This document shows, piece by piece, positions 19,431 to 27,687 of a stretch of 64,000 nt of DNA. The DNA comes from an uncultured Gammaproteobacteria bacterium. Lineage in GTDB: Bacteria > Patescibacteriota > Patescibacteriia > Magasanikbacterales > UBA922. Location of the stretch: NCBI GenBank assembly GCA_964473715.1, contig CAYYQC010000001.1:60674-124673 (forward strand), read 5' to 3'. Within the stretch, counting starts at the first letter, position 1; each line of letters opens with the position of its first letter. Both the position numbers and the translations under genes were made by a program. The notes beneath the pieces were generated by a model that saw only the letters and a program-made list of their open reading frames with translations, did not search any database and was not told the origin of the DNA.

Positions 19431-19874
19431 ATGCCCACCTTAGCCCGAAACCGACGTGCCAGTTTTGATTATGAAATCCTTGAAAAATTTGAGGCTGGCT
19501 TAAAATTGAGTGGTTCTGAAGTAAAATCAATCCGTGGTGGACATATTTCCTTGGCCGGTGCTTTTGTAACTTTCCGCGGTGATGTACCATTTTTGACCAA
19601 TGCGCATATTCCAGCCTATCCTTTTGCCCAATATCCAGCTGGTTATGAACCCACCCAATCTAGAGAGCTTTTATTAAAAAAGAAAGAAATCGCTTATTTA
19701 CGCGAAAAATTGCAAGAAAAGGGATTGACAGCGCTCCCTTTGTCCGTGTATACTAAACAGCGCTATCTTAAGCTAGAAATTGGTATTGGCCGAGGCAAAA
19801 AAGCCTTTGACAAAAGAGCCAGTATCAAAAAACGTGAAAACGAGCGAGAGATACGCAGAGAACTTAACAGTTAA
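19431..19874 (+). CDS. smpB: SsrA-binding protein SmpB. The start is probably the internal Met (MPTLARNRRASFDYEIL), not the ORF-track start at 19389.
   Basis: Conserved FDYEILEKFEAGLKLSGSEVKSIR... and the basic C-terminal tail. Confidence 0.9.
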   Translation: MPTLARNRRASFDYEILEKFEAGLKLSGSEVKSIRGGHISLAGAFVTFRGDVPFLTNAHIPAYPFAQYPAGYEPTQSRELLLKKKEIAYLREKLQEKGLTALPLSVYTKQRYLKLEIGIGRGKKAFDKRASIKKRENEREIRRELNS

Positions 19875-19880
19875 CATTAC

Positions 19881-20272
19881 GGGGATGACAGGCTTCGCTA
19901 GGTGGAGCTTGTTACTGTAATTAGGCATGTCGGCCGCACCGCCGTTAGAGGTGCACAAGTAATAAGTGCCAACTTATTCAACCAGGTGAAGACAGCTGTT
20001 GCTCGCGCATTCAGCCCTTCATTTGCTCCTGCTCTCGCTTAATCGCCTGTAGCCATCACTCTTCTGAATCCTAATAAGAAATCAGTGGTGCCAACCCATT
20101 GGGATATACCAGCTTCTCCAATCAGAAGTGAGCTGGAAGAACTTGGCTCTGATTTAGGATGCTGATATTTTGTCGCTTTTTCACCAGTGTCCGAAACAAC
20201 AAAGCTGGCTACACATGTAGATTAATTCTGTAACCCATCTATACCCGAGTTCAATTCTCGGCATCTCCACCA
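19881..20272 (+). ncRNA. ssrA: tmRNA (ssrA)
   Basis: Begins GGGGATG and ends CATCTCCACCA, giving a 7-bp acceptor stem with a G.U pair at the third position. T-arm CCGAG-TTCAATT-CTCGG. Internal tag reading frame ...ANLFNQVKTAVARAFSPSFAPALA-TAA. Lies immediately after smpB. Confidence 0.85.
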
Positions 20273-20289
20273 TTAGTTTTATATTTTGT

Positions 20290-20838
20290 ATGCGCATATC
20301 CCGCAAAAAACGCCCAGAAAAACCGCTTATAGCGGCAGTTAAGAAAAATCTTGAACTCGATTACCCAGAAACTTTGGTAATTGGTGAGGACAATAAAAGT
20401 CTCGGTATCATGACAGTACGTGCAGCTGTAGCCCTAGCGGAAGAACGTGGTTTGGACTTAGTTGAAATTAATCCTAAAAGTACTCCACCTGCTACCAAAT
20501 TGGTAAATTACTCTGAATTTAAATATCAGAAAGAAAAAGAAGCACGTAAGCAAAAAGCACATTCTCATACCAGTGACATCAAAGGTATTCGATTGTCAGT
20601 GCGTATTGGTGAACATGATTTGAATAACAAACGCGAACAGGCTAAAAAATTCTTGGATCGTGGCGATAAAGTTAAACTGGAATTAATTGTACGTGGCCGT
20701 GAACACGGTAAAATGGATTTAGCCAATGAAATTATTCGTGATTTCATCGCGGCAATAGATGCTATTATGCCAATTCGCCAAGAGCAAGAAGTACAGAAAC
20801 AGGAACACAAACTTACATCTATTATTGCCAAGAAATAG
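20290..20838 (+). CDS. infC: translation initiation factor IF-3
   Basis: LDLVEINPKSTPPATKLVNYSEFKYQKEKEARKQK and LELIVRGREHGKMDLA match the IF3 N- and C-domains. Confidence 0.9.
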   Translation: MRISRKKRPEKPLIAAVKKNLELDYPETLVIGEDNKSLGIMTVRAAVALAEERGLDLVEINPKSTPPATKLVNYSEFKYQKEKEARKQKAHSHTSDIKGIRLSVRIGEHDLNNKREQAKKFLDRGDKVKLELIVRGREHGKMDLANEIIRDFIAAIDAIMPIRQEQEVQKQEHKLTSIIAKK

Positions 20839-20866
20839 CCCCTCAAGCTATACACAATTTAAACCC

Positions 20867-20895
20867 TTGACGAAAGTCAAATTACCCTATATACT
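20867..20895 (+). promoter_or_regulatory. sigma70-like promoter, TTGACG-17-TATACT, upstream of rpmI-rplT
   Basis: Hexamers with a 17-nt spacer, about 20 nt upstream of the rpmI start. Confidence 0.5.
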
Positions 20896-20913
20896 AGCGC
20901 AACAAATCTTGAT

Positions 20914-21117
20914 ATGACGATGAAAACCAACAAAACCATTGCCAGCCGCTTTACTATCAAAAAGTCAAAAAAGCATGGCAAAAAATTGCTGAAACGGGCT
21001 AATGGCCAAGACCATTTTAATGCTCGCCAAAGCAGTGACACTCGCCGCCGCAAACGCCGCGATGTGACCATGACTAAAACGCTGGAAAAGACTATTTTCC
21101 GCGCCATGCCTTACTAA
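20914..21117 (+). CDS. rpmI: 50S ribosomal protein L35
   Basis: KTNKTIASRFTIKKSKKHGKKLLKRANGQ...RRRKRRDV...PY matches the bL35 pattern. Confidence 0.8.
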   Translation: MTMKTNKTIASRFTIKKSKKHGKKLLKRANGQDHFNARQSSDTRRRKRRDVTMTKTLEKTIFRAMPY

Positions 21118-21127
21118 TGTCTAAAAT

Positions 21128-21469
21128 ATGCCACGCGTAAAACGAGGAATACATCATTCTAAACGCCGCCGCGGAATTTTACGAAAAGTAAAAGGTTTTG
21201 AAGGTGGACGAAAAAGCCTTCTTAAATTGGCTAAAACTGCTGCTACCAAAGCTGGTGGTTATGCTTACGCTGATCGCAAAGTCAAAAAGCGCACCACTCG
21301 CACTCTTTGGCAGGTTAAAATCAATGCTGCTCTTGACCCTATGGGCATGAGTTACAGTAAATTCATGGGCGCTCTCAAAGCAAACAATGTAGTTTTGAAC
21401 CGCAAAATGCTTGGTGAAATTGCTGCCAAGTACCCAGAAGTCTTCCGTATCATTGCTCAAACTAAATAA
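21128..21469 (+). CDS. rplT: 50S ribosomal protein L20
   Basis: MPRVKRGIHHSKRRRGILRKVKGFEGGRKSLLKLAKTAATKAGGYAYADRKVKKR... is canonical bL20. Confidence 0.9.
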   Translation: MPRVKRGIHHSKRRRGILRKVKGFEGGRKSLLKLAKTAATKAGGYAYADRKVKKRTTRTLWQVKINAALDPMGMSYSKFMGALKANNVVLNRKMLGEIAAKYPEVFRIIAQTK

Positions 21470-21476
21470 TCATTCA

Positions 21477-21560
21477 AAAAGCCCTGACAGTGTTCGGCGC
21501 TTGACTTGGACTGTCCCCTCCTTCAGTCCCTGTCGTGCCGGACGCTGTCAGGGCTTTTCT
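21477..21560 (+). terminator. long GC-rich stem-loop (outer stem agccctgacag/ctgtcagggct plus inner hairpins) with T-run: terminator or structured 3' RNA after rplT
   Basis: Nested inverted repeats; ggactg-tcccctcctt-cagtcc inner hairpin; ends in GGGCTTTTCTTT. Confidence 0.55.
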
Positions 21561-21581
21561 TTGTCTAATAAACTAATTGTC

Positions 21582-21611
21582 TTGACAATTAGACTAAAAA
21601 CCAGGTATAAT
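21582..21611 (+). promoter_or_regulatory. sigma70-like promoter, TTGACA-18-TATAAT
   Basis: Consensus hexamers upstream of the small basic ORF at 21639. Confidence 0.5.
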
Positions 21612-21638
21612 CGTTTCACAATTTTATAATCAAATCAT

Positions 21639-21857
21639 ATGGGAATGCGTAAAAAAGTGCGCAACTTGGCTAAGGCGAGTTGGAAAGTAGAAAAAGCCAA
21701 GCGTGACAAAAACCGCTTGAAGCGTGAAGCCAAAATGGCTGCCAAAGGTATTGCCCCAGCTCGTGTTAAACACGGACTCCGCAATAAAAAAATTACTCAG
21801 GCTGTACGCGTTGGAGTTCGCCCAGGTAAGAAGGTGACAGTTACCAAAGCTAAATAA
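21639..21857 (+). CDS. small, highly basic protein (72 aa; probable start MRKKVRNL), possibly a ribosome- or RNA-associated protein
   Basis: Lys/Arg-rich with no TM segment. Own promoter. Lies between rplT and tRNA-Asp. Family not recognised. Confidence 0.45.
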   Translation: MGMRKKVRNLAKASWKVEKAKRDKNRLKREAKMAAKGIAPARVKHGLRNKKITQAVRVGVRPGKKVTVTKAK

Positions 21858-21894
21858 AATTTACCTTCGCCTAACATTTGGTTGGGCGATTCCT

Positions 21895-21968
21895 GGATCG
21901 GTAGTTCAACTGGTTAGAGCACTGCCCTGTCACGGCAGAAGTTGCGGGTTCGAGTCCCGTCCGATCCG
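21895..21968 (+). tRNA. tRNA-Asp (anticodon GTC)
   Basis: Cloverleaf: acceptor GGATCGG/CCGATCC, D-stem GTTC/GAGC, anticodon stem CTGCC/GGCAG with loop CTGTCAC, T-arm GCGGG-TTCGAGT-CCCGT, discriminator G. Near-identical in layout to bacterial tRNA-Asp. CCA not encoded. Confidence 0.85.
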
Positions 21969-21980
21969 CAGAACAGAACG

Positions 21981-22010
21981 AACAGCGTCAGCATACGCTG
22001 TTTTTTCTTT
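21981..22010 (+). terminator. rho-independent terminator after tRNA-Asp
   Basis: cagcgt-cagcat-acgctg hairpin followed by TTTTTTCTTTT. Confidence 0.65.
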
Positions 22011-22035
22011 TATTAAGCCAAAATTTACGGTTGTA

Positions 22036-22512
22036 GTGACAGTAACTTCTTCTTTTAGGCTCATAACAAAACACCACATTGCACCACTGATACTTGCCTT
22101 TTCAATAATTGAAGCAAGCGCCAAACTTTCTGCACCTGAAGAACTTGTGGGTTCCAAGAAACGATTTATGTGGTGGGCCAGTGAATTTCTAAAAAACAAA
22201 GATGGTACACCCTACCCTGCCTTAGCTTTATACAGTACACGATGCGGGTTATTTCACGAATACGGAGCAGAATCTGATATATCCAGAAGAGATGAGTGTA
22301 AGGTTATAGTATGGTCACACGGACAAAATGGACCTGCCCATCATAATAAAACTAAAGACCGAGTCTTGATGCTTTCCAGAAAACAATTTTTTGATGACTT
22401 GTACGACGGCGGGATGGAAATGCTAAAAAGGATGGTAACTGACCGCGAAATGGCAGAGCGGTTTGGAGCAAGATTACCTGAACTATTTGGAGTTTTTGAG
22501 ATGAATCCTTAA
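22036..22512 (+). CDS. hypothetical protein (158 aa)
   Basis: ORF only; no recognisable motif. Confidence 0.4.
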   Translation: MTVTSSFRLITKHHIAPLILAFSIIEASAKLSAPEELVGSKKRFMWWASEFLKNKDGTPYPALALYSTRCGLFHEYGAESDISRRDECKVIVWSHGQNGPAHHNKTKDRVLMLSRKQFFDDLYDGGMEMLKRMVTDREMAERFGARLPELFGVFEMNP

Positions 22513-22523
22513 ATTTAAAAAGA

Positions 22524-22892
22524 TTATTCCCACTCAGGAATAAGTTCACTAATTCTCATTTTACCTTTTGGCAGAATTACCCACGCGTCACCAAACTGCC
22601 TAATCATTTCACGACATCGACCACAGGGCGGTAAAATCGTTCCATTCGCCATAACAGCGACGATTGAAGCAATCTTGTGCTCAGCCTTGGTATGCATCTG
22701 TCCAATTGCGGTATATTCCGCACAGGTGGAACACGGACTGCTATGGATGGATTCAAAATTTACACCAGTAAACACTTTGCCGCTGGTAGTTTCTAAAGCG
22801 CATCCAACTGCGGTAATTTCGCTTTGTCGTTTTTGAATTAATTTTTGTGCCTTAGTTATAAGTGCCTTATCAGCTGGAGTTAGTTTTTGCAT
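22524..22892 (-). CDS. CDA-fold zinc deaminase (cytidine / blasticidin-S deaminase-like)
   Basis: Zinc-ligand motifs CSTCAEYTAIGQM and PPCGRCREMI. Small protein (122 aa) typical of tetrameric CDA/BSD. Confidence 0.7.
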   Translation of the reverse strand: MQKLTPADKALITKAQKLIQKRQSEITAVGCALETTSGKVFTGVNFESIHSSPCSTCAEYTAIGQMHTKAEHKIASIVAVMANGTILPPCGRCREMIRQFGDAWVILPKGKMRISELIPEWE

Positions 22893-22915
22893 AATTTTAA
22901 AAATCTCTGACTATT

Positions 22916-23398
22916 TTACAACTCAAATCTAAAGATAACTCGCTCATCTTTTCCTTTGGTTTTACCAACACCTTCGATGTAACCGCTAATCAGGCCACCA
23001 GCACTAAGGCAAGTATTCAATGAAGCGTAGTTATCATTGTGTACATCAGCAAAAACCTTCTCTACTTTTTTCTTTTTAGCATAAACCAAGAATTCTTTTA
23101 GCAAACTCAACCCAACCCCCTGCTTACGGTACTTTTTGGAAACAGTAATCTGCTTCAGATACCACTGATTGAACCTTCCAAGAAAATCATTGCGCCAGTA
23201 AAGCAAAGCAACAATCTCCTGGTCTTGGATAGCACAAAGCACCTGCTTGGTACTAGTGAGTTCTTTAAACATTTTCACATTAATTGTGCGGTAAGATTCA
23301 GCGCCGTCAATGTTGATGGTAACAAGGGTCGCGACATCTTTTGGAGTAGCGAGTCTGAATTTAAGTGGATTCATAGCCATTGGCGTTAATTTTTGCAT
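22916..23398 (-). CDS. GNAT family N-acetyltransferase
   Basis: Acetyl-CoA binding motif A, KKYRKQGVGLSLLKEFLVYAKKKK. Size about 160 aa. Confidence 0.7.
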   Translation of the reverse strand: MQKLTPMAMNPLKFRLATPKDVATLVTINIDGAESYRTINVKMFKELTSTKQVLCAIQDQEIVALLYWRNDFLGRFNQWYLKQITVSKKYRKQGVGLSLLKEFLVYAKKKKVEKVFADVHNDNYASLNTCLSAGGLISGYIEGVGKTKGKDERVIFRFEL

Positions 23399-24141
23399 AA
23401 AACTTTAAGAAGAGAATTACACATTTGTAAGGCTTTTTTACTTTTCGTACCAATATCTTTCACTGACTTAACTTGATACAGACTTTCCAGTTGCTTCAAT
23501 TCCTTTTTTGGTAAATAATTTGAAATGTGAACCAGGCCCATATCGCGGGTCAATGGCGCATATTTAATGCGAAACAGCTCAACCAGTGGACCCAAAATCC
23601 AGCGATTGTAATACACCCAAGACTCAAGAAACTGACCACGCAAAATATATTTCTTAACTCGGGAACTTTGTGCAACCTCAAGTCTAAGATGTTCGACTCT
23701 CGCAGCAATCTCTTTATTAACGGCCTTTTGGTTTAACGAGTAGAGTTTGGTTATTTTGGTTTTATCAAAAATTGGAAATGGTAGCTCGTGAGTCATTTCT
23801 TTGGTGAATTTTGCTTTTCGGCTATGGCTCTGAATACAGATATCCAAGAGTAAAAATTCTGAAGTACCTTTAATATGTAAGTGTTCCTGAATGATTTTAG
23901 GGTCAGAGTGATTATAATGGTAAACCAAATCAAGTGGGGCCAAGGTTTTTAGAACGCGCTCCACTTCTTTCATTATTTTTTGTTCGTGTCCATCTTCAAC
24001 ATCAAACCAAATATCCAGGTCTGAGTATTTATCCACTGACCCCAAAGAATCCGAACCTTCAAGCCAGAAGGCATAAACTTTTGGGTTAGGTTCAAAAGCG
24101 GCCTTAAGGCGGGCAACAATGTCATTTCGGGTTATAGGCAT
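23386..24141 (-). CDS. Pol-beta-superfamily nucleotidyltransferase of the ANT(6)/Lnu (aminoglycoside or lincosamide nucleotidyltransferase) type
   Basis: N-terminal LEGSDSLGSVDKYSDLDIWFDVED (GS...D.D nucleotidyltransferase motif). About 250 aa, as in ANT(6)/LnuB. Overlaps the GNAT gene by 13 nt. Confidence 0.65.
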   Translation of the reverse strand: MPITRNDIVARLKAAFEPNPKVYAFWLEGSDSLGSVDKYSDLDIWFDVEDGHEQKIMKEVERVLKTLAPLDLVYHYNHSDPKIIQEHLHIKGTSEFLLLDICIQSHSRKAKFTKEMTHELPFPIFDKTKITKLYSLNQKAVNKEIAARVEHLRLEVAQSSRVKKYILRGQFLESWVYYNRWILGPLVELFRIKYAPLTRDMGLVHISNYLPKKELKQLESLYQVKSVKDIGTKSKKALQMCNSLLKVLCKN

Positions 24142-24284
24142 ACATATGGTTTAAAAGCTCCCCTATTGTACTTTATCCCCCACTGGATGACAATTCAGCT
24201 GAAATACAAGGTATTTCCCAGAAATTCAGCCCACTAAAAAAGGTTATAATCTCGTCCCGTCGCCTCCGCCTATTATTCTACTTC

Positions 24285-24315
24285 GAAAAAACAGTCTTTA
24301 TAGACTGTTTTTTAT
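24285..24315. terminator. bidirectional terminator hairpin
   Basis: AAAAA-acagtct-ttata-agactgt-TTTTTT. Confidence 0.6.
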
Positions 24316-24339
24316 TTTTAAGAGTATACTATTAACAGT

Positions 24340-24738
24340 ATGTCTACTAGACCCAAAATCCTCATTGACGCTGGTTATGAAATTTATTGTGACACTCTAA
24401 AACTCCGAGAACTTGATGTTCCAGTAGTTGATTTTGCCATTGAAAAATTAATCTGGAATTTTGATTTACCACTGTGGGATAAGGATGGAACTGATGATTG
24501 GAATTTAACCGCATGGGAAGTAATTAATAAAATTCCTGATAGTATTACTCACCAACAAAGAATTGCTGAAGCTGATTTACAATTCCCGATTTTATTAACC
24601 GAGAAAAATGATAAGTGGTTAGTGATTGACGGTGTGCACCGATTAGTAAAAGCTTTTGAAGCAAAACAAAAAACAATTAAAGCAAAAATATTTACCCAAA
24701 CACAGGTGGATAGCCACCCTAACACTAGCAGGCATTAA
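24340..24738 (+). CDS. hypothetical protein with a possible ParB/Srx-like nuclease-domain motif
   Basis: WLVIDGVHRLVKAF resembles the ParB N-terminal-domain DGHHR-type motif. Weak. Confidence 0.4.
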   Translation: MSTRPKILIDAGYEIYCDTLKLRELDVPVVDFAIEKLIWNFDLPLWDKDGTDDWNLTAWEVINKIPDSITHQQRIAEADLQFPILLTEKNDKWLVIDGVHRLVKAFEAKQKTIKAKIFTQTQVDSHPNTSRH

Positions 24739-26459
24739 ATTCTATCAAATAATTCTGGAGCGTAATACACGGTTTCTCCAGTATACCCCTTACGAACACC
24801 ACGTTGCCGGTAAGCACTTAATTCTGGATTTTGAGTAATCATTTTCGCCAATCTGCTTGCTACTGTTTTATTAGATATACTTTTCAATTTTGCTAATTCA
24901 AATGCGTTTAACCAGTTATCTAGAATTTCAGCTGGTTTAGTTAATTCAAAGTATTCTTGTAAGGCTGCAAAAACTTCAGGACCATACTGTGTTCTAATGT
25001 GTTTAGACGCACTAGGCAACTCTTCAGAAAATGGTAAACCATGTTCTTCAAACTCAGTTTTAAATATTTCTAAGACCGCCTTAAGCTTATCCAAATCAAT
25101 ACCTAATTTTTCTGCAAGTGCATTGGTAGTAAGCCAATCAGACTTTCTTTCTTTTGGAGTTAGAGCAATTACGAGATCTCTAACCAATTCTGGAGAGCAA
25201 TAATTGAACTCCCTTTTCTTTGGATCAGAAAATGGTTTTATTTGATACGCTTGTTCATCACCTTGTTTTTCTCGGGCTAACAAAGGGTAGAGCTCATCAA
25301 GCTTGTCTGACGCAGTCGCAAAACTTCGTTCTGTCATTTCTGCAATTTGCATGATACTTTTCCACCCATTTGGCGCCTGCGGCAATGGTTCAAGTTCTGG
25401 TCTTATAGTATTGATAAAATCAACATGTAAGTGCTCTTGCTTATGATGATTAGTATCACGCAATGGCGCAAACCACTGAGGATGACTTTCTTTATACTTT
25501 TTAATGTAAGGCTCAAGAATTTTACCACCTTTTCTTCCTAAGGCAGACAGAGCACTTTTTCTGGTATGCCAATCTGGGCCCGCGTATTCATATTCTTGAG
25601 CAGCAGACTTTTCAGCCTGGATGACCGTTGATTTTGTTGGCTGACGAGATGAATCTTTTACTGGCCACGGCTCAAGTAATTCTGCCTTAGTTTTTTCTTG
25701 CCAAGATTTTTTAGCCTCTACAGAATCTTTATCACCTTTCCAAAAAATATGGGTAATAATCGGCAGACCTTCGTGTTTACCAGCTCCAATTCTTGTTAAA
25801 GAAGATATAAGTGTTTTGATTTCCTTTTCACGAATATTATGAAGGATAATAGTAGCGTGCTTAGGTTCATTCGTTACAAACAATGCTTTTTTAAAATCAG
25901 GTATATAAAACTGATACAAAACATTTGATTCTAAATGGTTTTCAGGAACAATATTTTGATCAGTCACCGTGTGATTAGCACTAGCCAAAGTATATTCAAC
26001 ACCAATTTCTGTTAACAATTCTTTGACATATAATACCAAATTAACCCTTTTTATTTTTTCAGGTGATTCAGGCTCAGTCGTATTTTCAGGTTCAGGTAAA
26101 GTGCCTGGTGGAAACGGATGATAATCGAGAGTATAAGTATAATAGGGCTGATGAACATTAGTTACAGGCAATTGACCAATTCCCTGCTCTTTTTTTTCAT
26201 TATTATATAATTCTTCTGCTCTTAGCCATAAAACATCAGCTAATTTATTTGGATCAAATTGACCATCAACAGAAATATCAGGTCCAGAAATACCCATAAG
26301 TTCAGCAGCGTCCTGCCAGCCATAGGTTTCGTTTTTGCGCAATTGATCCCACTCGCCTACCAATAGATTGTACCACTGGGCATAGGTATCGTTTTCATCA
26401 CGCTCATGCTTTTCCAGATGGGCATAGGTACTTTGGAAATATTCAGATGTTTCAGACAT
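24735..26459 (-). CDS. hypothetical cytoplasmic protein (574 aa)
   Basis: Long uninterrupted ORF. No signal peptide, no TM segment, no recognised motif. Confidence 0.6.
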   Translation of the reverse strand: MSETSEYFQSTYAHLEKHERDENDTYAQWYNLLVGEWDQLRKNETYGWQDAAELMGISGPDISVDGQFDPNKLADVLWLRAEELYNNEKKEQGIGQLPVTNVHQPYYTYTLDYHPFPPGTLPEPENTTEPESPEKIKRVNLVLYVKELLTEIGVEYTLASANHTVTDQNIVPENHLESNVLYQFYIPDFKKALFVTNEPKHATIILHNIREKEIKTLISSLTRIGAGKHEGLPIITHIFWKGDKDSVEAKKSWQEKTKAELLEPWPVKDSSRQPTKSTVIQAEKSAAQEYEYAGPDWHTRKSALSALGRKGGKILEPYIKKYKESHPQWFAPLRDTNHHKQEHLHVDFINTIRPELEPLPQAPNGWKSIMQIAEMTERSFATASDKLDELYPLLAREKQGDEQAYQIKPFSDPKKREFNYCSPELVRDLVIALTPKERKSDWLTTNALAEKLGIDLDKLKAVLEIFKTEFEEHGLPFSEELPSASKHIRTQYGPEVFAALQEYFELTKPAEILDNWLNAFELAKLKSISNKTVASRLAKMITQNPELSAYRQRGVRKGYTGETVYYAPELFDRI

Positions 26460-26571
26460 AGGTATTTTTACTATTAATAGTATAGAGGAATTTAGAACAA
26501 AAACAACCCCAACCCTCCCTTTTGAGCGGCTTTGCTATTTCTTCCAAAAGACCTATAATATCCCTATTCTT

Positions 26572-27387
26572 ATGAACCATTTAACCAAACTAGGAATTCT
26601 CACACTTATTGGTAGTGCCATTGGCGCTGGTTTTTATTTTCACTATTCTGGCAATACAGTGACCGAGCCGGCTTTGGCGCAAACGGAAAAAATTGCGCCG
26701 ATTGCTTCAAAAGAAATAAGAGAAAAAATATATTCTGCTGCGGATTTTCAGGGTCATGGACGCACAAGCAAGTCTGATCGCACCAGTGAAATTTTACATG
26801 TGGAAATTAATCCGCAACTTTCGCCATTTACTTTTTTAATTACCTCATTTACCAGCACCACGCGCGGCGCGATTTACGTATACTATGATTCAAAACCAGA
26901 GCCGGTCCAAACTATTTTACTGTCCGACCCAGACATGTTTCTTGGTGACCGAATTCATGAATTTTTTAATGTCACTGATCTTAATTTTGACGGTTATTTG
27001 GATATTGGTATTTTGGAAGAAGGCGGCGCAAAATGGGGCACCTATCAGTATTGGCTGTTTGATGAAAAAATCAAAACCTTTGTGGAAAATACATTTACCC
27101 AAGATTTTCGAAAATTAAATTTTAATCAAATTACTTTTGATCAAGCCAACAAACAAATTACCATTAATAATTTTTGTGGCACATTAATTTGTGATAAAGA
27201 TATTTATCTAGTAACCGATAATAATTTAAATTTGTTTGAATCGTCTCACCAGGAACAACCCTATAGTTCAGACAATGATGGTACACAACTCAAAACATGC
27301 GTAACCACAGTGGAAAAACACCAAGAAAATAAGATTATTAAAACCGAAAACACTTCTGAAAATTATTGCGACGGTTATTATTGGTAA
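26572..27387 (+). CDS. membrane-anchored hypothetical protein with an FG-GAP-like DLNFDGYLDIG motif
   Basis: N-terminal TM LGILTLIGSAIGAGFYF. Promoter-like TTGCTA-16-TATAAT upstream. Confidence 0.5.
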   Translation: MNHLTKLGILTLIGSAIGAGFYFHYSGNTVTEPALAQTEKIAPIASKEIREKIYSAADFQGHGRTSKSDRTSEILHVEINPQLSPFTFLITSFTSTTRGAIYVYYDSKPEPVQTILLSDPDMFLGDRIHEFFNVTDLNFDGYLDIGILEEGGAKWGTYQYWLFDEKIKTFVENTFTQDFRKLNFNQITFDQANKQITINNFCGTLICDKDIYLVTDNNLNLFESSHQEQPYSSDNDGTQLKTCVTTVEKHQENKIIKTENTSENYCDGYYW

Positions 27388-27391
27388 CGAA

Positions 27392-27676
27392 CTATTTACC
27401 AATTATCAAAAAATACAAAGTGATTATTATCACTACCCCAAGAATTTCCGCGGCTGGATAGTGCCAGGAAATTTTTTGTTTACAGTAGCGACATTGCGCT
27501 TTTAACAATAACCAACTCAAAATCGGTACCAAATCAATTGGCACCAAAACGTGTTTGCAGTGCGGACAATGTGACCGACCATGAGCAATTGACTCCCCTT
27601 GTTTAGCTCGATAAAGCCAGGCATTAAAAAAGCTACCCAGGGTTAGACCAATTACAATTAACAGAAAAATGGTCAT
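27392..27676 (-). CDS. stand-alone prepilin-peptidase N-terminal zinc-binding domain (PilD N-terminal / DiS-P-DiS-like) with no A24 peptidase domain
   Basis: GSFFNAWLYR...HCPHCKHVL...IPILSWLLLKAQCRYCKQKISWHYPAAEIL closely matches the PilD N-terminus. The ORF ends after 94 aa. Confidence 0.6.
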   Translation of the reverse strand: MTIFLLIVIGLTLGSFFNAWLYRAKQGESIAHGRSHCPHCKHVLVPIDLVPILSWLLLKAQCRYCKQKISWHYPAAEILGVVIIITLYFLIIGK

Positions 27677-27687
27677 TGAAATCCAAA

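Noticed and set aside
21179-21460. Minus-strand ORF antisense to rplT
   Set aside because: Overlaps a canonical ribosomal protein gene.
21970-24340. Integrated prophage or IS element at tRNA-Asp
   Set aside because: No integrase, transposase or obvious tRNA 3'-end direct repeat is visible. The tRNA-adjacent genes are enzymes, so only 'possible island' is claimed.
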